This document shows positions 37,437-51,490 of a stretch of DNA of 64,000 nucleotides, piece by piece. Under the pieces are notes generated by a model. The model saw only the letters and a list, made by a program, of their open reading frames with translations, was not told where the DNA came from and ran no database searches. The position numbers were made by a program, and so were the translations under genes. How positions within the stretch are numbered: position 1 is the stretch's first letter; every line of letters starts with the position of its first letter. The stretch comes from Lama guanicoe (Eukaryota), in the NCBI GenBank assembly GCA_013239625.1, contig MU053216.1, positions 2,508,943-2,572,942 on the forward strand. The letters run 5' to 3'.

Positions 37437-40400
37437 TTAGACTTTATTTCTTAAATGAAAAGAGTGTTAGATAAACTACGTGCTGAATAATCTTCAAAAT
37501 ATTTGCACTTACATTTTTCTCACATGGCTGCTAAACCATAATTGTCTAATATCTACTTACTTAGTCCAAACGAAGAGCTGATGTGTTCAGAGACAGAGCT
37601 TGAAACAAGGTCCCCGCTATAGTCCAGCCACATGGCATCCCTGACAAAACCAAAGCCAAAGTTATCTTGAAAATTACAAATCCGGCGGGTTATTTTTAGT
37701 TGCCCGCCAAGAGGAAAATCCAGGGTTTGTACCTTAACAGCAGTGCTTGGTTTTTTTTCCCTGAGTCTGGAATGTAGTCATCAACCCAGCTGGAAATAGG
37801 CAGCGACCTCAGTGTGCCCCAGAACAGAGGCGGCATTGCCGCGGGAGGGTGTGGACAAAAACCCGACCCTTGGTATTGTTGGAAGGAGTGGCTGCCCCAC
37901 GACAGGCTGCTCCTGTGCAGGCGCTGCGCGCAAAGTAAGTAAGTGAAACAAGCCGTCCAGCAGAGGCTCCACACAATGCCACTTCCTTCCCAACGCGTCC
38001 CATCGCTGGACCAGCATAAACAGGGTTCTGCTTTGGAAGCACCCATAGTTTTAGATTCAATCTATGAACCCAAGTATTCTTTAACTAATGGGATGAGATG
38101 GTCTCTTTAGAGAGAGAGAGAGAAACACACACACACACAGGAGCTTTTATTTTGACTCAAAAGAGAGCTTCGGGAACAGGGGTACTAAACACACGAAAAC
38201 AGCACATTTGTTTGCTGCTTTCTTCTGGAGTCGAAGCCTGGGTGGCTGATGAACCCTTTGGATCTCCTACGGAATGAGGGTGTGGTCGCATTTCCCCCTC
38301 AAGCAGCTCAGGCGGGAGGAGGCTGTCTTGAGGGGACAGCTCGGCAGCGATCGGGATCCTCAGGGGCTGGGAGGCCACGCAGGGGCAGTGGGAGCCGAAA
38401 ATGCCTCTGGCCACGATGCCTCATTGTCCACGGGACAGCCTCCCCCCCCCACCGGGTCGTGGGCGTCAGAAGCAGCAGCTCCACCAAAGGCCTATTGAAA
38501 CAGATGCCGCCGGGGCTGTGGCCGCCGCCCAGCTCTGAGCCCCGTCCAGCCGATTTTAAATGCACTGGTCTCCTGGAATTCCTGGCAGTTGGAGGTAAAA
38601 CAAATAAGGGCACAGACATGGGAGAAATGCAAGGCAGGACCTCTGCGCGCAGCCTAGTGGACTTGATTCTCCTTGAATCAAATGCACGGACGAGAAATGG
38701 AAATGTATTATGTGTTATAAAAAGATTATCCCCATGAAGAAAAAAATAAAAGAAAGTGAGAAAAGAAGAAAACCAGAAAAATCGTGTCTGGCTTGAAAGA
38801 TACCTTCTCAGTTTTCTGCTTAGCGCTTTTTCGTACCTTATCTTGTTTGACTTCTTAATTTTCGTCAGACCTTACAATTTAGATATTAGTAAGTTAATTT
38901 TTTGTCAAATGGGAAAAATGTAGAAAAGTTGAATAACTTGCCCAAAGTCACACATATATAGATGAATCTGAGAAGTATTACACTGGGAGCTTGGAGTGTA
39001 AGAGAGTGAGACGGGAAAGCTGGGTGCAGTTGGAGAAGGTTCATGTTAGAACCATCGTACAGATTGTCCAAAATGCCCCCAAACAGAGCATGAGGAAAGA
39101 GTGATGGTGAGAATTTATAGTGAGAGTTTGACTTTGAAATTAGGAGACAGTTGGCAGAAGGCTGGGGAGAAAATGCAGATTGCGGGTGTGACAGCCTAGC
39201 GCCCGCGAGCCAGGACTCCTCGGGGAGAGACCCTCCCTGAGGGACGCGGGGGGGGGGCGGTGCGCCACACGTGTCCTTCCACACGTCCCAGGAACTCTAA
39301 ACGTGGTGCTTGTCTCCCCAGAAATTTCTGCGGTGCTTTCATTGGAGAATTGATCTCCAATCTTATACATTTAGCTAAAAATTGCTGTTATTATCTGTTC
39401 ATACTCTTCTGTAAGTGGAAATTGGAGCATTCAGTCTTGATTTTGGTTGAGTAAAATGTGGTGAAACTAGGAGCCTAATTACTTGTAAACATTTTAAAAA
39501 TAGTTTGGGAATGGATTTGAAATTGTTAGGTATGCCTGCATGGCTCCTTTCTGGTTATTCCTCCTACTAATTTGGCGCCTCTGACTGGCGTGGGTCTTTG
39601 TGATGGCCGCGTGCCCAGTGAGCAGGGTTAGGCCTCGCGTCCGCCTTCTGCCCCTGAGGCTGGAGGCGCTGTGAATCTCAGTGGATTAGAAAGGAGCAGA
39701 TTCGGTCATGTGGCTGTTCCTTTGCTGTAATAAAGTCATTTCTCACGACTGGAATACAAAACATGGATAGATTTTTTTTTTCCTTCAAAGAAGAACAAGG
39801 CAAGTCCTGAGTCCATGTTACATTTTCAAGAGATTTGGTAAAGTTGCTGAAATGACAAGTGCGGTTAAAATTTTTCTGGTCCATACGCTCATTTTCCTGT
39901 TTTCAAACTTCCCCTTACTTCTCGGTTGTTTATGTTATGTGTACGTATCTTATTTTCCTGGTTACTTACTTTATTTGTATGTATCTTGCTTTCCAGCGAG
40001 TTTGGTACCAGTTACACTTCTTTGCGGATCCTGTAGTGCCTCGCACACAGGTGGCCTCCAAAACACTTACTCCAGAAGAACTGTAGACGCTAAGGATAGA
40101 CTGAGAGTAATTTATTCCCTTCATCTATGTAAAAGGGAATTTTATGATCTGTTTCAGTGTGATGATGGACAAAATAATAAACTAGAATCAGAGCCTCTTT
40201 CAAAGGTCAGATTATAAAACTTGAAGACTATGAAAGGAAAGGCTAGGAACTGTGAATCTCTGCACGTCCAAAATGCTGAAAAAATAACTTCTTCAGGGAG
40301 ACGTCTTACAAAAGCATCTGCTGAGAACAAGCTCGAAGTGACTCCACGAGGAAGAGAAGAAAACGCAATACGAGGTGGTAGTCGGAGGAGGGCGGCGCGC

Positions 40401-40524
40401 ACCAGTGCCCTGGATGCCTGAGTTCCTCCCTTTCCATGTGTTTGTTTTAACAGCCACCTGCGAGCAGGAGAAGTGAGAGTGTGCGCAGAGATGGGCTTTG
40501 GCAAACAAAAGATAACTACCACTG

Positions 40525-41013
40525 ACTTTACTTTTTTCTCTTTTTTATTGAAGTCTAGTCAGTTTACAATGTTGTGTCAATTTCTGATGTCCAACATCAT
40601 GCTTCGGTCATACATGTACATACATATATTCCTTTTCATATTCTTTTTCATTATAGGTGACTACAAGATATTCAATATGGTTCCCTGTGCTGTACAGTAG
40701 GAACTTGCTATTCATCTATTTTATACATAGTAGTTAGTATCTGCAAATTCTGAACCCCCAATTTATCCCTTCCCTCCCACTTCCCCCTTGGTAACCATAA
40801 GTTTGTTTTCTATGTCTGTGAGTCTGTTTCTGTTTTGTAAGTAAGCTCATTTGTGTCTTTTTTTTCTTTTTTTAGATTCCACATATAAATGATATCATAT
40901 GGTATTTTTCTTTCTCTTTCTGGCTTACTTCGTTTAGAATGACAATCTCCAGGCCCATCCATGTTGCTACAAATGGCATTATTTTACTCTTTTTTATGGC
41001 TGAATAGTGTTCC

Positions 41014-41047
<34 letters not shown>

Positions 41048-41085
41048 CATATATATACCACAACTTTTTTATCTAGTCATTTGTC
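40525..41085 (-). mobile_element. 5'-truncated L1 3' end with (TG)n at 41016-41044
   Basis: ORF 40872-41063 MEHYSAIKKSKIMPFVATWMGLEIVILNEVSQKEK, and a T-rich tail. Confidence 0.93.
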
Positions 41086-41764
41086 AATGAATAGTTTTGC
41101 TTTAAATGGTCAACTATTACTTAATGTTATTAAAAATAAGGAAAATAAACCTCTTTTATACTTAACCCACATTTTTATAATTTCCAGTGTTCTTCACCCC
41201 TTTGTGGAAATCCACATATCCAATTGATATCGTATTCCTTTTGCTTAAAAAATTTCTTTTAACATTTATTGTAGGCTTAGTCTGTTGGCTATGATTTCTC
41301 TGTTTTTGTATATGAAAATGTTTTTATTTGATTCTTATTTTTGAAAGAGTTTTTGAAGGATATAAAATTCCATGTTGACAGTCAACCAGAAATAACACTG
41401 TAGAGAAATAAAGAGTGAAGAAAAAGAATAAGGTTTGCCAGTTAAAATATAGCTTATGTTCCTCAGGACCCTGGCTCTGTCTTACTCAGAATTAAGGAGA
41501 AAATGTTGATAGTGGCTGTAATTTATTTTTGCAAGAAGTTTGGTAGTAAAATTAGGAGACAGAATAATAATAGACTGATAAAATAGGATGCCGAGATGAT
41601 TGTACTGGTTTTGGTTTGATTTTCAATGTATCACAATGTAAACTATAGGGAAAAGGAAGAGGAAGGTCATGGAGACAGAAATAGGGTTTAAACAGGTAAA
41701 CCCACAACAGAGGATGGCTGATGGAGCAAATTTCAAATAAACGGCAGAGAATATAATTTTACAG

Positions 41765-42334
41765 TCAGTATAAGTTTCCTGTTGCTGCATGAAAATGATC
41801 ATAAGTTTAGCAGCTCAATGCCATGCCCACTGGTTGATTAGCTGTGGGTCAGAAATCCAGCATGATGGCTGACAAAGCTGAAATCCACGTTTCCATGGGC
41901 TGAGTTCTCATCTCACTTAGAAGCCCATTGATATTCTTGGCTAAATGTAGTTCCTTCCATATGCCCCGATTTCTTTGCTGGCTGTTGACAGGGGCTGCTC
42001 CAAGCAACAAGAGGCCACCTGCATTCCTGGCCCTGTGTCCTTTTCCATCTTCAGGCAACGTTGCTTCAAATCTCTGACTTCTCTTCTGCAGCCAGCTGGA
42101 GGAAACCCTGCTGTGATTAGGTCAGTCCCCCTACCCCCAGAGCCACTCTCATAATCTTTATCTTAAAATCAACTGATTAAGACCTAAGACACATAATCAC
42201 ATCATCTCAATCCCTTCCCGGAAGTACCTAGGTTAGTGTTTGATTGAGTAACTGGGAGAAGGAATGTATATACCAGGGACCAGGGATCCTGGGGTTTGGT
42301 GGAGGGGTGGCATTTTAGAATTCTGCCCACCACA
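41765..42334 (-). mobile_element. MLT1 (E/F-like) LTR
   Basis: agtttcctgttgctgc...gggtcagaaatccagcatg...ggcattttagaattctgcccaccaca, typical MLT1 antisense ends. Confidence 0.8.
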
Positions 42335-43399
42335 CATATGAAAGAAACTAACCTAGTTAAAAATGGAGAAAGAGAAGTCAAGGATATTTTATTGGCCAGA
42401 AAATGATGAAAGATTAAGGATACTTTTATAGAAAAAAAGAGGGAAGTTGAAAAATTATCAACTGAAAATGAGAAGTGGAGAAACAAAAGTTATTAACTGA
42501 ATATGAACAAGACAGGGGTGGAAGTGGCATTTTGAGGACCGTAGGAGAGAACTGGTAATCCACACAAGTTAGGAAAGGAGTCCACTCTTCTCTGATGATC
42601 TTTTGGATCCTGTCAAGGATGTAGCCAGGGAGCAGTCAGAGGTTTACACTAGAGAAAATTCAAGCAGCTGAGGGACCCCTGGTTGTTACAGAGGCAAAAG
42701 TGAATGGCTAAATATGTAGCTTACAGTGACTAGGAGGTCAATAAAAAGCAGAAAATCTCTGAAGGAGAGACTAGGAACGTATTCACAATAGGAAGGGATT
42801 GTAAATGATAATGAGGGTAAGAAAACAAGTTCAGATATTTGGAGGTAACATATGAAAAAAAGCTAGAAGGTTGATCTTGGACTTAGATCTAAAATCAAAA
42901 CACTCAAAATACATCTTTCCCCACCTGATGACCAAGTACAAAGTGTGATTAGATGATACGTTGCTACAGTGGAGATGAAAGACATTCAACATTTACGTGG
43001 TTGGGAAATCCACAAGCCAGGATACCAGTTTCAGTTGTTAAAGTCTGGTTTTGATTTCTGTCCAGCTTACATCTGCACACACCAAGCCAGAAACGTCAAG
43101 AAGTTCTGTCAGGCTCGTAACAAACTAGACGATAACCCTTCTGTCTCCTTTCTCCTGTTTGCCTGCCTAGGGAGGCAGCCGTTTTCAGCTCGTTTAGCTG
43201 ATGGCTTGGTTTGATTTCGTATCTTAAGTGGAGAATTTTATGGCTACCTCTTAACTTTTTGCCCCATTTTAGGTTTTCGCTATTTAATCTCCACCCCAGA
43301 AAAGATGAGTTTTAGCTGTCCTTCGCTCTCATGCCCTCTGCTCTTACCGCAAGTGTATACTCACACACACACACACACATACTCTTCTCCCATCTGGTT

Positions 43400-44600
43400 T
43401 ATGTAATTTTAGTTAGATCAGTGCTTACACAATTATGGCTAAGTAAGTGCTCTTCTGACCCATATTATACAGTAAACATATTTTTCCTTCCTTAATCAAA
43501 TTTTGTATCCTCTGGAGTTAATGGTTGTCCTACTTTTGGGGGTGTGTTTTTTTCATATGTTTAACACTAACTCAAATCCAAACTCTCCGCCAATTGTCTG
43601 AATCTCCCCTTAGTGCTCATCAGTTAAGGGATAAAATTTATCTTCTGAGACGTCTGCTCTGAGGACTTCTGCCCTGCCCCATTCTGGACTGATTTTCCTT
43701 TATGCCTGATACACAACTATCTCCCTGGATTTTTCATTTTATCGTGACCCCCACATTTCCTTTTCCTTTTCCCGTGTAGCCAATGCTTCCATCTTCACTG
43801 GTTCCTACCCTTGTTTTAATGAAGCAGATCTCATCCCTAGCTTCTTGAGAAAGGGTACAAGATGGATTATCTTGGCGATATTGAGTGTCACTTCTGTCAA
43901 CCTTGATTTATGGTTTGGCTGGGTATCAAGGCTTAGGTTCAAGATACTTTCCCCTGAGAACCTTGCAGACATCGCTCCATTGTCTCCTGCTTCCAAGTTG
44001 TTCTTAAGCAGCCTGAAGCCCTTCTAATTCCTGACCCTTTCCGTGTGACCCATTTATACATTTCCCTCCCTGGGAAATCTTGTAGAATCTTACCTCCACC
44101 CCCAGTGTTCTAAAATTTCACGTTGATGTACCCTGAGAGGGGCCCATTTTTCATCTGTTTTGCCAAGCACACAGGGGCCTCTTTCGTTCTGGTGAGCCGT
44201 GTCCTTCATGTGAGAAACATGCGTGGATTGTTTGTACAGTTTTCTCCCTTCAGTTTTTATTACTCGTTCTTTCTGGTGCCTCTGCTGCTGGGATGTCTGC
44301 TCCCTCGGCCATTCCTCTCATGTCCTTCCTTTCTTCCTCTTAATTGTACATCTCTTCTTATTTTTTATTTCATATTTCTGTCCTTTGCAAGGGATTTATT
44401 TCCTCAACTTCATCTTTAAAATATCTGTAGAATTTTTGTTACTTTTCATAGCACCCTTTTTCATAAAAAAAATCCTATTTTTCTAAGGATATAAATAAAA
44501 GATACTGATCTTTGTCCATGCAAAGTCTCTGTTTCCAAAATTTTCTGTCTTGTCTTTATTTTGTTCTCTATCTTTAAAGTTGGAGGCTTTTTATAAATGG
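43400..44600 (-). mobile_element. Very old L1-like relic
   Basis: T-rich text with ggctgggtatcaaggcttaggttcaagatactttcccctgaga and ccagtgttctaaaatttcacgttgatgt, typical of old L1M antisense. Confidence 0.5.
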
Positions 44601-44621
44601 CTAGTCATCCTTGATGTCTAT

Positions 44622-44730
44622 GAAAATATCGAATCACTATGTTGTACACCTGAAACTAATAGTATATTGTAAGCCAGCTATATTTCAATAAATAAAAAAC
44701 AAACAAACAAACAAAAATAAATAAAATTGA
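44622..44730 (+). mobile_element. Very short L1 3' terminus with A-rich tail
   Basis: gaatcactatgttgtacacctgaaactaat...tcaataaataaaaaac is the reverse complement of the 35.35 kb L1 end. Confidence 0.85.
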
Positions 44731-45026
44731 AATACTTAGAAAGAAAATTGGAGCATTTAAAACCTGATTGGAGCCATTGAGCTTGACAGGGCTGGTTGCT
44801 GTGGTCTCCGCTGTAGGTTGTGCCATTTCCTTGGGAGAAGAATTTAAGTGTTTTCCTGATGTTTCTCTTGGCTAAGCAGGTTCCCCGCAGATGGAGCTTC
44901 CAGAGCTTGCCTAGAGGATGTAGTGCTGGCCGTTGCCACTCTGGGAGCTAAGGTCGGGGGAAGCTAGGGGATTAGTTCTCAGTATTGTGATTGTTTGCTT
45001 CATCCTCCCTTGTTCAAAAGGCTGTG

Positions 45027-45673
45027 TGAGGAACCTCCAGACTGTTCTCCACAGTGGCTTCACCAAACTGCATTCCCACCAGCAATGCAGGAGGGCTCCC
45101 TTTTCTCCACAGCCTCTCCAGCATTTGTCGTTTGTGGACTTTTCAATGATGGCCATTCTGCCTGGTGTGAGGGGATACCTTACAGCAGTTTTGATTTGCA
45201 TATGATCCAGCAGTCCCTCTCCTGGGCATGTATCTGGAGAGAACTTTAATTTGAAAAGATTCATGCACCCCAGTGTTCCTAGCAGCACTATTTACAATAG
45301 CCAAGACATGGAAACAACCTAAATGTCCATCAACAGATGGCTGGATAAAGTTGTGGTATATTTATGCAATAGCATACTACTCGGCCATGAAAAATAATAA
45401 AATAATGCCATTCGCAGCAACATGGATGGACCTGGAGATTGTCATACCAAGTGAAGTAAGCCAGACAGAGAAAGACAAATACCACATGACTTCACTTATA
45501 CGTGGAATCTAAAAAAAAAAAAAGACAAATGAACTCATTTACAAAACAGAGACAGACTCAGAGACATAGAAAACAAACTTATGGTTACCACAGAGGGAAG
45601 AGGGTGGGAAAGGATAAACTGGGAGTTCAAGATTTTTAGATACACCTTACTATGTATAAAATAGAGAAACAAC
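45027..45673 (+). mobile_element. L1 3' fragment with 5' inversion (twin priming)
   Basis: 45027-45201 is antisense and 45202-45673 is sense L1 (ORF MFLAALFTIAKTWKQPKCPSTDGWIK...). Flanked by caaaaggctgtgtg / cagaaggatgtgtg. Confidence 0.9.
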
Positions 45674-45889
45674 AGAAGGATGTGTGCCTGGAACCCCCAG
45701 CCAGAGACCTTCTCTCTTACTTACCTCCAGTCTTTTGCTGACACAAAAGCAAAGAAGTCCTTTGGCAGCGTGCAGTCATTGAGAAGGTTGGAGGTTCTGA
45801 TTGTTTCTTTGTTCTTTTTAAAGTTACTTTTCTACTCACCACGTTTGTTACAGAAAAACAGACATCCGGTCAACCCCATCTATTTAAAC

Positions 45890-46470
45890 TAAGCCAATGA
45901 GTCTGACAGTTGTACTCTCCCATGATCACACGACACAGTTAAGAGACATGACATAGCCCTCATCCACAAGAGATTCCTCCTGGCACTTGGCAGTCAACCC
46001 CTTTTCCTGTACTTACCGCGGGCAAGTGCATAGATGATCCTGCAGTTTACATGCATGACCTCTGCTTTGTGGTCTGTTGTCTCCTGCTCCCTCCTTCAGC
46101 CTAATGATGCTGAGCTTCATCCTGTCCTCACGTTTACAGTCGTTTGTTCTGTTTGTTGCTGAGCAGTCTTCCGCTGCATAAATCTGCCTCCTTTTGTTGA
46201 TCCGTCTTCCTGCTGATGGTCACTTGGGGTATTTCTGGGGTCTGGCCATTGTGAACAAAGCTGCTGTGAGTAATCACGCATGTGTCTTTAGATGCACATT
46301 CACTTTCATTTCTTTTGTGTAAGTATCTAGGTGTGCTTCTGTTTCTAAGAAACTGTCAGTTTTCCAAATTGGTGGTACCAGTATGCATTCCACGTCCTTG
46401 TCAGCATTTGGTGCTATCTATGGTTATAATTTTAGCCATGCTAATGGCTGTGTAGTTTTAAATCGTAGTT
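45890..46470 (-). mobile_element. Old L1ME-like 3' fragment
   Basis: ttgttgctgagcagtcttcc...gctgatggtcacttgggg...tgtgaacaaagctgctgtgag. Confidence 0.7.
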
Positions 46471-48394
46471 TTCAACTAATCATCCTCTTCTTAGTTCACT
46501 TTACCCTTACTTCTAACAGAAAACTCATACTACAAATTCATAATTTTGAGGGCTGTCCTATAGCATAAATCAGATTTTTCTTGGCAGAAATATTAAAGAT
46601 ATGTTTCAGTTTTGCTATAGTTAATATTGCTAATTATAAATGTTTAACCCCCTACATATTTTGACATATCTAAGATTAGAAATTCCACTGCACAGCTTAA
46701 ATTATTCATTACATTTTACACTTTGCATTACATTTTCATGGTATGTGAGAAAACCTAGCAAAATTTTAAATCAGTTTTACATAGACAGTGTTAAAATTTT
46801 AAGCTTGTTACATACAAAGTCAATTCTCACCAGGTACTAACTGATGTAAAGATAGGATAATAGAATGACTTAATCTGACATTCAGTTACACCATATCACA
46901 AACTAGAAAGCTCAGAGTGTTTGGGGTAACCACTTCTGGTGATGGTCCTGAGGAAGTTCACCAGATAAACCGAACCAAGATCAGAAACGCGCAGATTTGA
47001 TAAACAGCCCGGCATTCACTCTTATCTGCTTTTTCAAAGTTTCTGTTTAAAATTTTTAAAAAAAGATTGGTTTCTGCTTTTAATAAATGTCTAAATGCAA
47101 TTTTTAAAATGTCAGGGACGTTTTAAAATTTATTTTTTTAGCCTTTTACAGAAAAATGAAGCTGATACGATGTAGCCTATTTATTATTTTCCAACATCTA
47201 AGCAGTAAACCCGTAATTAAAATGATGATATGTATGTTCAAGATCTAGATAACAAAAATAATCGAGTTGTGGAAACTCAATCACTCGAGCCGTCAAAGTG
47301 ATACAGTGTCTAACGTGGAAGAACTGAGTGGGACAAAGCTGTGTCTTCTGAGTCACGCTGGGCATGAGGCAGTTAAGAGGCGTGGCCTCGCGTAGAAGAC
47401 GGGTCACACACACCGGCTATAACCCTTCCTGTTTGTAAAAAACATCGGTGCGCGTCAGCAGGAGACCAGTGTTAGCGCTTCCTGTTTTTCCTTCAAACTG
47501 TTGATTGTTCAAAACACATCTGCAGCACAGCTTGCGGTCACTTCATTCACACTGTGTCCACTGAACTTCATACACTAAAATTTTCTGCTCCTGAATGAAA
47601 CTGAAACAAACTCTCATATTTTATTTCTAAACGTGATTCCAGGGTTGGGACATGTGTTTCATTGCTGATTCTGCCCTCAGTCCATGTAGCGATCGGATTT
47701 ATGTCGCTTCCGTAATGGACACCACTCTGCATCCTGGAGATCATTTGCTTAATAACATTCACGTAGCTACTCCCTGAATACTGAAACGACATAAGCGTGT
47801 GCAGAGCCACCGACAACCAGATGAATCCAGTTTATTTATGCATCATTATTAAAGATTAAATCACAGCTTCGTTAGTGGTCTATGAATTCTGCATCTACAA
47901 GCATTTCTGAAATATTCTAGCTAGAGGTGAAATATTTATACACTAACGCATCTACTTCAGTCATAAGACAAAATGATTTACATGCTCCATGGGAGTAAAG
48001 AGGTACCAATGAGAATTTATAATACAGACAGTGCCCAGAAATTTATTCTTTTTTAGACTAAATTAAACTGTGAGTGCCTACAGGAGACTTTACTTCTCGA
48101 TTCACAGTGAGACCAAGAATGTGTCTGGTCCAGTTTAAGGCTGCTTCTTCACTGGCAGCAACGTCACTGAGGTGCTGGCCTGAGCCTCATCGAGAGCCTG
48201 CGGTCATCGCTGTCCTACCGGGCAGCCTTGCCAGCCTCACCCACCTGCTCCCAGCTGGAGAAGGGATGGTTCTGTAACGATGCTGCTGCAGAAACAGCCA
48301 AAGGCGCCTTTAGGAGCACAGCCAGGCCGCTGCTCCTGTACGTTTACAAGGAGGAGGATGTTGAAATGTTTAATTGAAATGAGAATTTCAAGCT

Positions 48395-48395
<1 letters not shown>

Positions 48396-48425
<30 letters not shown>
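48396..48425. repeat. (TA)n(TG)n microsatellite
   Basis: Directly visible. Confidence 0.9.
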
Positions 48426-48619
48426 TTGAAATAGTAAGAATTTTATGTTCTAAATCGTTTATTTATCTACAATGAAGTGACTTTCACTTTGCTTTAAGTG
48501 TTTTTGTTCCATTAACGACATTTTCAGGGATTTTTTTCCCCGGGTGATGAAACATGTGTTTTTGAAGTTAATGTAGAGACACTTTATTTCTATTAACCAG
48601 TTTGATGCTCTTGAAGAAG

Positions 48620-48700
48620 TCATTTTACCTGTCATTTAACTTAGTTTTCTCATCTGCAAAATGAGGAGACGGAGCAGGTGATTTATAAGATTTTCCAAGT
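48620..48700 (+). mobile_element. MIR core fragment
   Basis: gtcatttaacttagttttctcatctgcaaaatgagg. Confidence 0.55.
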
Positions 48701-51179
48701 ACCCGAGAAACCTAGATGCACAAAGCACTTGCTACCTTTTATGAAAACAGTAGAAGTTGCAAACGGAAGGATGATGAAATTTCATTTTTAGTTATAGAAA
48801 AAAACAAATCACCACTTTTTCAAACGTGGGAAACCAAATAGTAACCCCTGAGAACTGAACTTGAAAATCTAAACATAACCAGTGTGCGGAAGGGAGGGTA
48901 ATGTGCTTCTGTTCCCAGAACAACTGGTTATTTACGGAAGAAAAGACCACTAACAGAGCTGAGATTTAAGCCTTAATAATGGCATAACACGAACGGGATT
49001 CAGCTGGCTGTCGGTGCGTTGTCCACAACACACTGATAAATGATTCAGCATTCCACACAGAATTGATTATATTCTCTAGAGTGTCCAGAAATACGGCTAT
49101 TACTCGTTATCAACAAACTTAAACTGCAAAAAAAATTGAAGTTTAAAAATTGCTAAAGATGCGAACTAACTCATTTTCAATTTTGTGAGATCTTGAAATT
49201 AAGAACTGTTAAAATGTGGTGGCACATTACATGCCAGAGTGTACACTGCTCCCTGAGGGAGGAGAGCGCGGGTGGGGGAGGCAGAGGGAGGGAGGGAGCT
49301 TCGAAGGTCAGGGAATGTCTAGTGAGGGATGGTGCATCTGTGGTCCCGGGGGTGGGAAACGGGACATGGGGATGCCAGTGTTAGAAGGGACACTGCATGT
49401 TTCAGGGGAGGCCTTTCAGAATGGCAAATTTAGCAGGGAATACAATTGAATTACTGCAGGATCTGCACAGAATAGGGCAAGAATTACTCTCATTACATCA
49501 TAAAAATTGAACTATTTTCATCAGTTTTTCAAATTAGCTGTTGGGGAAACATTTTCTCCCCTGTGTTTGAGTTTACAGTCTTCTCCATAAACATAGTTAT
49601 ACCCTTAACAAGTTCACTGGACTAACACAAAAGCGGTCTGAGTCAAATTTCTATTCAAAATAAATCGGTCAGTTCGTGTAGAGAACGCTTGGGAGCGTGT
49701 GGGGACAGTGAACAGAGTCCATGATTTTGACGGAGAGGCCTTTTAGGGCAATGCATGTTAAAGAGCTCATGAGAATGTGATGTTGACGGTTTCATCGGAA
49801 CCACAAACCCAGTTCAGCTTCTAGCACCACCGCCATCCTTGCTGACCCTTGGCCGGCAGTAAACATTACGATAAAGCCAAGATGTGTGGCACAAGCAATT
49901 TGAAGTCAGGCACCGTGTTTCAGCGCGACGTAGCCAAAGACTTGAGGTCGATAAACCACTTTGTATGAGGGTGAGTGACTAGTGGAATACATGTTCCAGT
50001 AACTGCCGTGTAGGGAAGCACCTGTTCACACAGATTTACTTACTCAACTACTTCACTAGCTCCGTACTAAGTCAGCTTTTGAATTATTGTCTCCAAAACA
50101 CCACAGAAGCATCTGGGAAAAGCTCCCACCTCCAACTGGTTTTCAGCTTAGCCTCCACTCTCCAAGTGGACCTGGCTTTACATCTTAAAATAACTCCACG
50201 TGCATAGGTTTCTAAAAAAGCCGGTCTCCCTAAGGCTGCTCCAGGATGATCAACAGAAACTGCTCTGCCAGGAAAGAGTTTTCGTTACTGTATTTTGAGG
50301 GTTTTTTTGCTGCCTGAAGAGAAGAATCACACTGGGCAAAAATTTTACTGGAATTCTAGAATTTTTACATTGTGTGTTATATAGAGAATATAGAGGGTTC
50401 TACATTTCTGTTCTATATTTTATATGGAATTTGAATATTACATATTATATATATAAATTAACTATTTGATATTGTCATGACAAGAACTTAACACACTTGG
50501 CACAAAATACTAGTGACGTGCTTCAAAGCAAAAGAAATGTTATCGGATGTTTTTCCCACTTCCAGTTTTTAGGGAGACATGATTTTCTGTGTGATGTTTT
50601 AATATTTAAGCTATAATGTTTAATTAGATGGCTAATCAAATATTCACCCAGTACCTGCTTGTTCTCAGAAGGAAAAAGACGGGAGACTGTTCTTCCTTTT
50701 AGTAACAAAATTAAATTCCGTCCCAACGGGAGGTCTGAGGCCATCTACAGTGGACTTGGGGTTTATGTCCTTTCCAAAGAACAGCAACACACCATCATTT
50801 ACGGAAAATCTATTCGTTCGTTTGCAAACACACTGAGTGTCTTCTATGTGCTGGGGGCTTTTTTTCTTATTTCAGTTCCAAGCTTTCCGTTTTAATATTT
50901 ATGCCAATTTTACTGGAATTCAAAATTATATCATCTTAACAATTGTAGTTAACGCATAGAATAAACACATTCTCCTTTATAAGCTATGTGTGTAATAAAA
51001 AAATCAGATTAAGCTGCTAAAAATTAATCACTTTTTGCTTTTTGTCATGTTTTAATATCTCTTACCTTAGAAGATTCTTCTCCTGTTCTGAAATCCTCCG
51101 TAGATATAATTTGTATTTTCGTTGTAAGATTTTGTTTTTCTACTTCAACCTCCAATGAACCGTCCAAACGACTCTAATC

Positions 51180-51490
51180 CCACATTTTCATGGAAACTGC
51201 CCTCAAGGTCACCATGGCCGCCATCTTACCAGATCCTGAGGATACTTCTCTCTTCACCTTTGACCTCACAGAAGCCTTTAACAAAGCGAACTCAGCCTCC
51301 TTTCTGAGACACTCCTTTCCCTTGGCTCTCGTGACGTGGACATCTCCTGTTTTCACTTATCTAACTGGCTACGTCTCCCCATCATTTTGCTAGTCGTCTC
51401 CTCTTCCCCAAAATCTGTGTGTCAGGGTGTCTTAGAGCAGGGCCATGGCCTGGCTGTGACAGTTCCTGGGTGACCTCATTGAGTGACACA
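51180..51490 (+). mobile_element. LINE-2 reverse-transcriptase relic
   Basis: ORF 51190-51393 ETALKVT...FDLTEAFNKANSASFL resembles the L2/CR1 RT motif ETALxKVTND...LDLSxAFDTVDHxxLL. Confidence 0.75.

Noticed and set aside
40153..40281. C/D-box snoRNA (GTGATGA ... CTGA)
   Set aside because: There is no terminal stem outside the boxes and no recognisable guide sequence. The motifs are common by chance.
47568..47816. 82-aa minus-strand ORF as a coding exon
   Set aside because: No recognisable homology and no convincing donor site.
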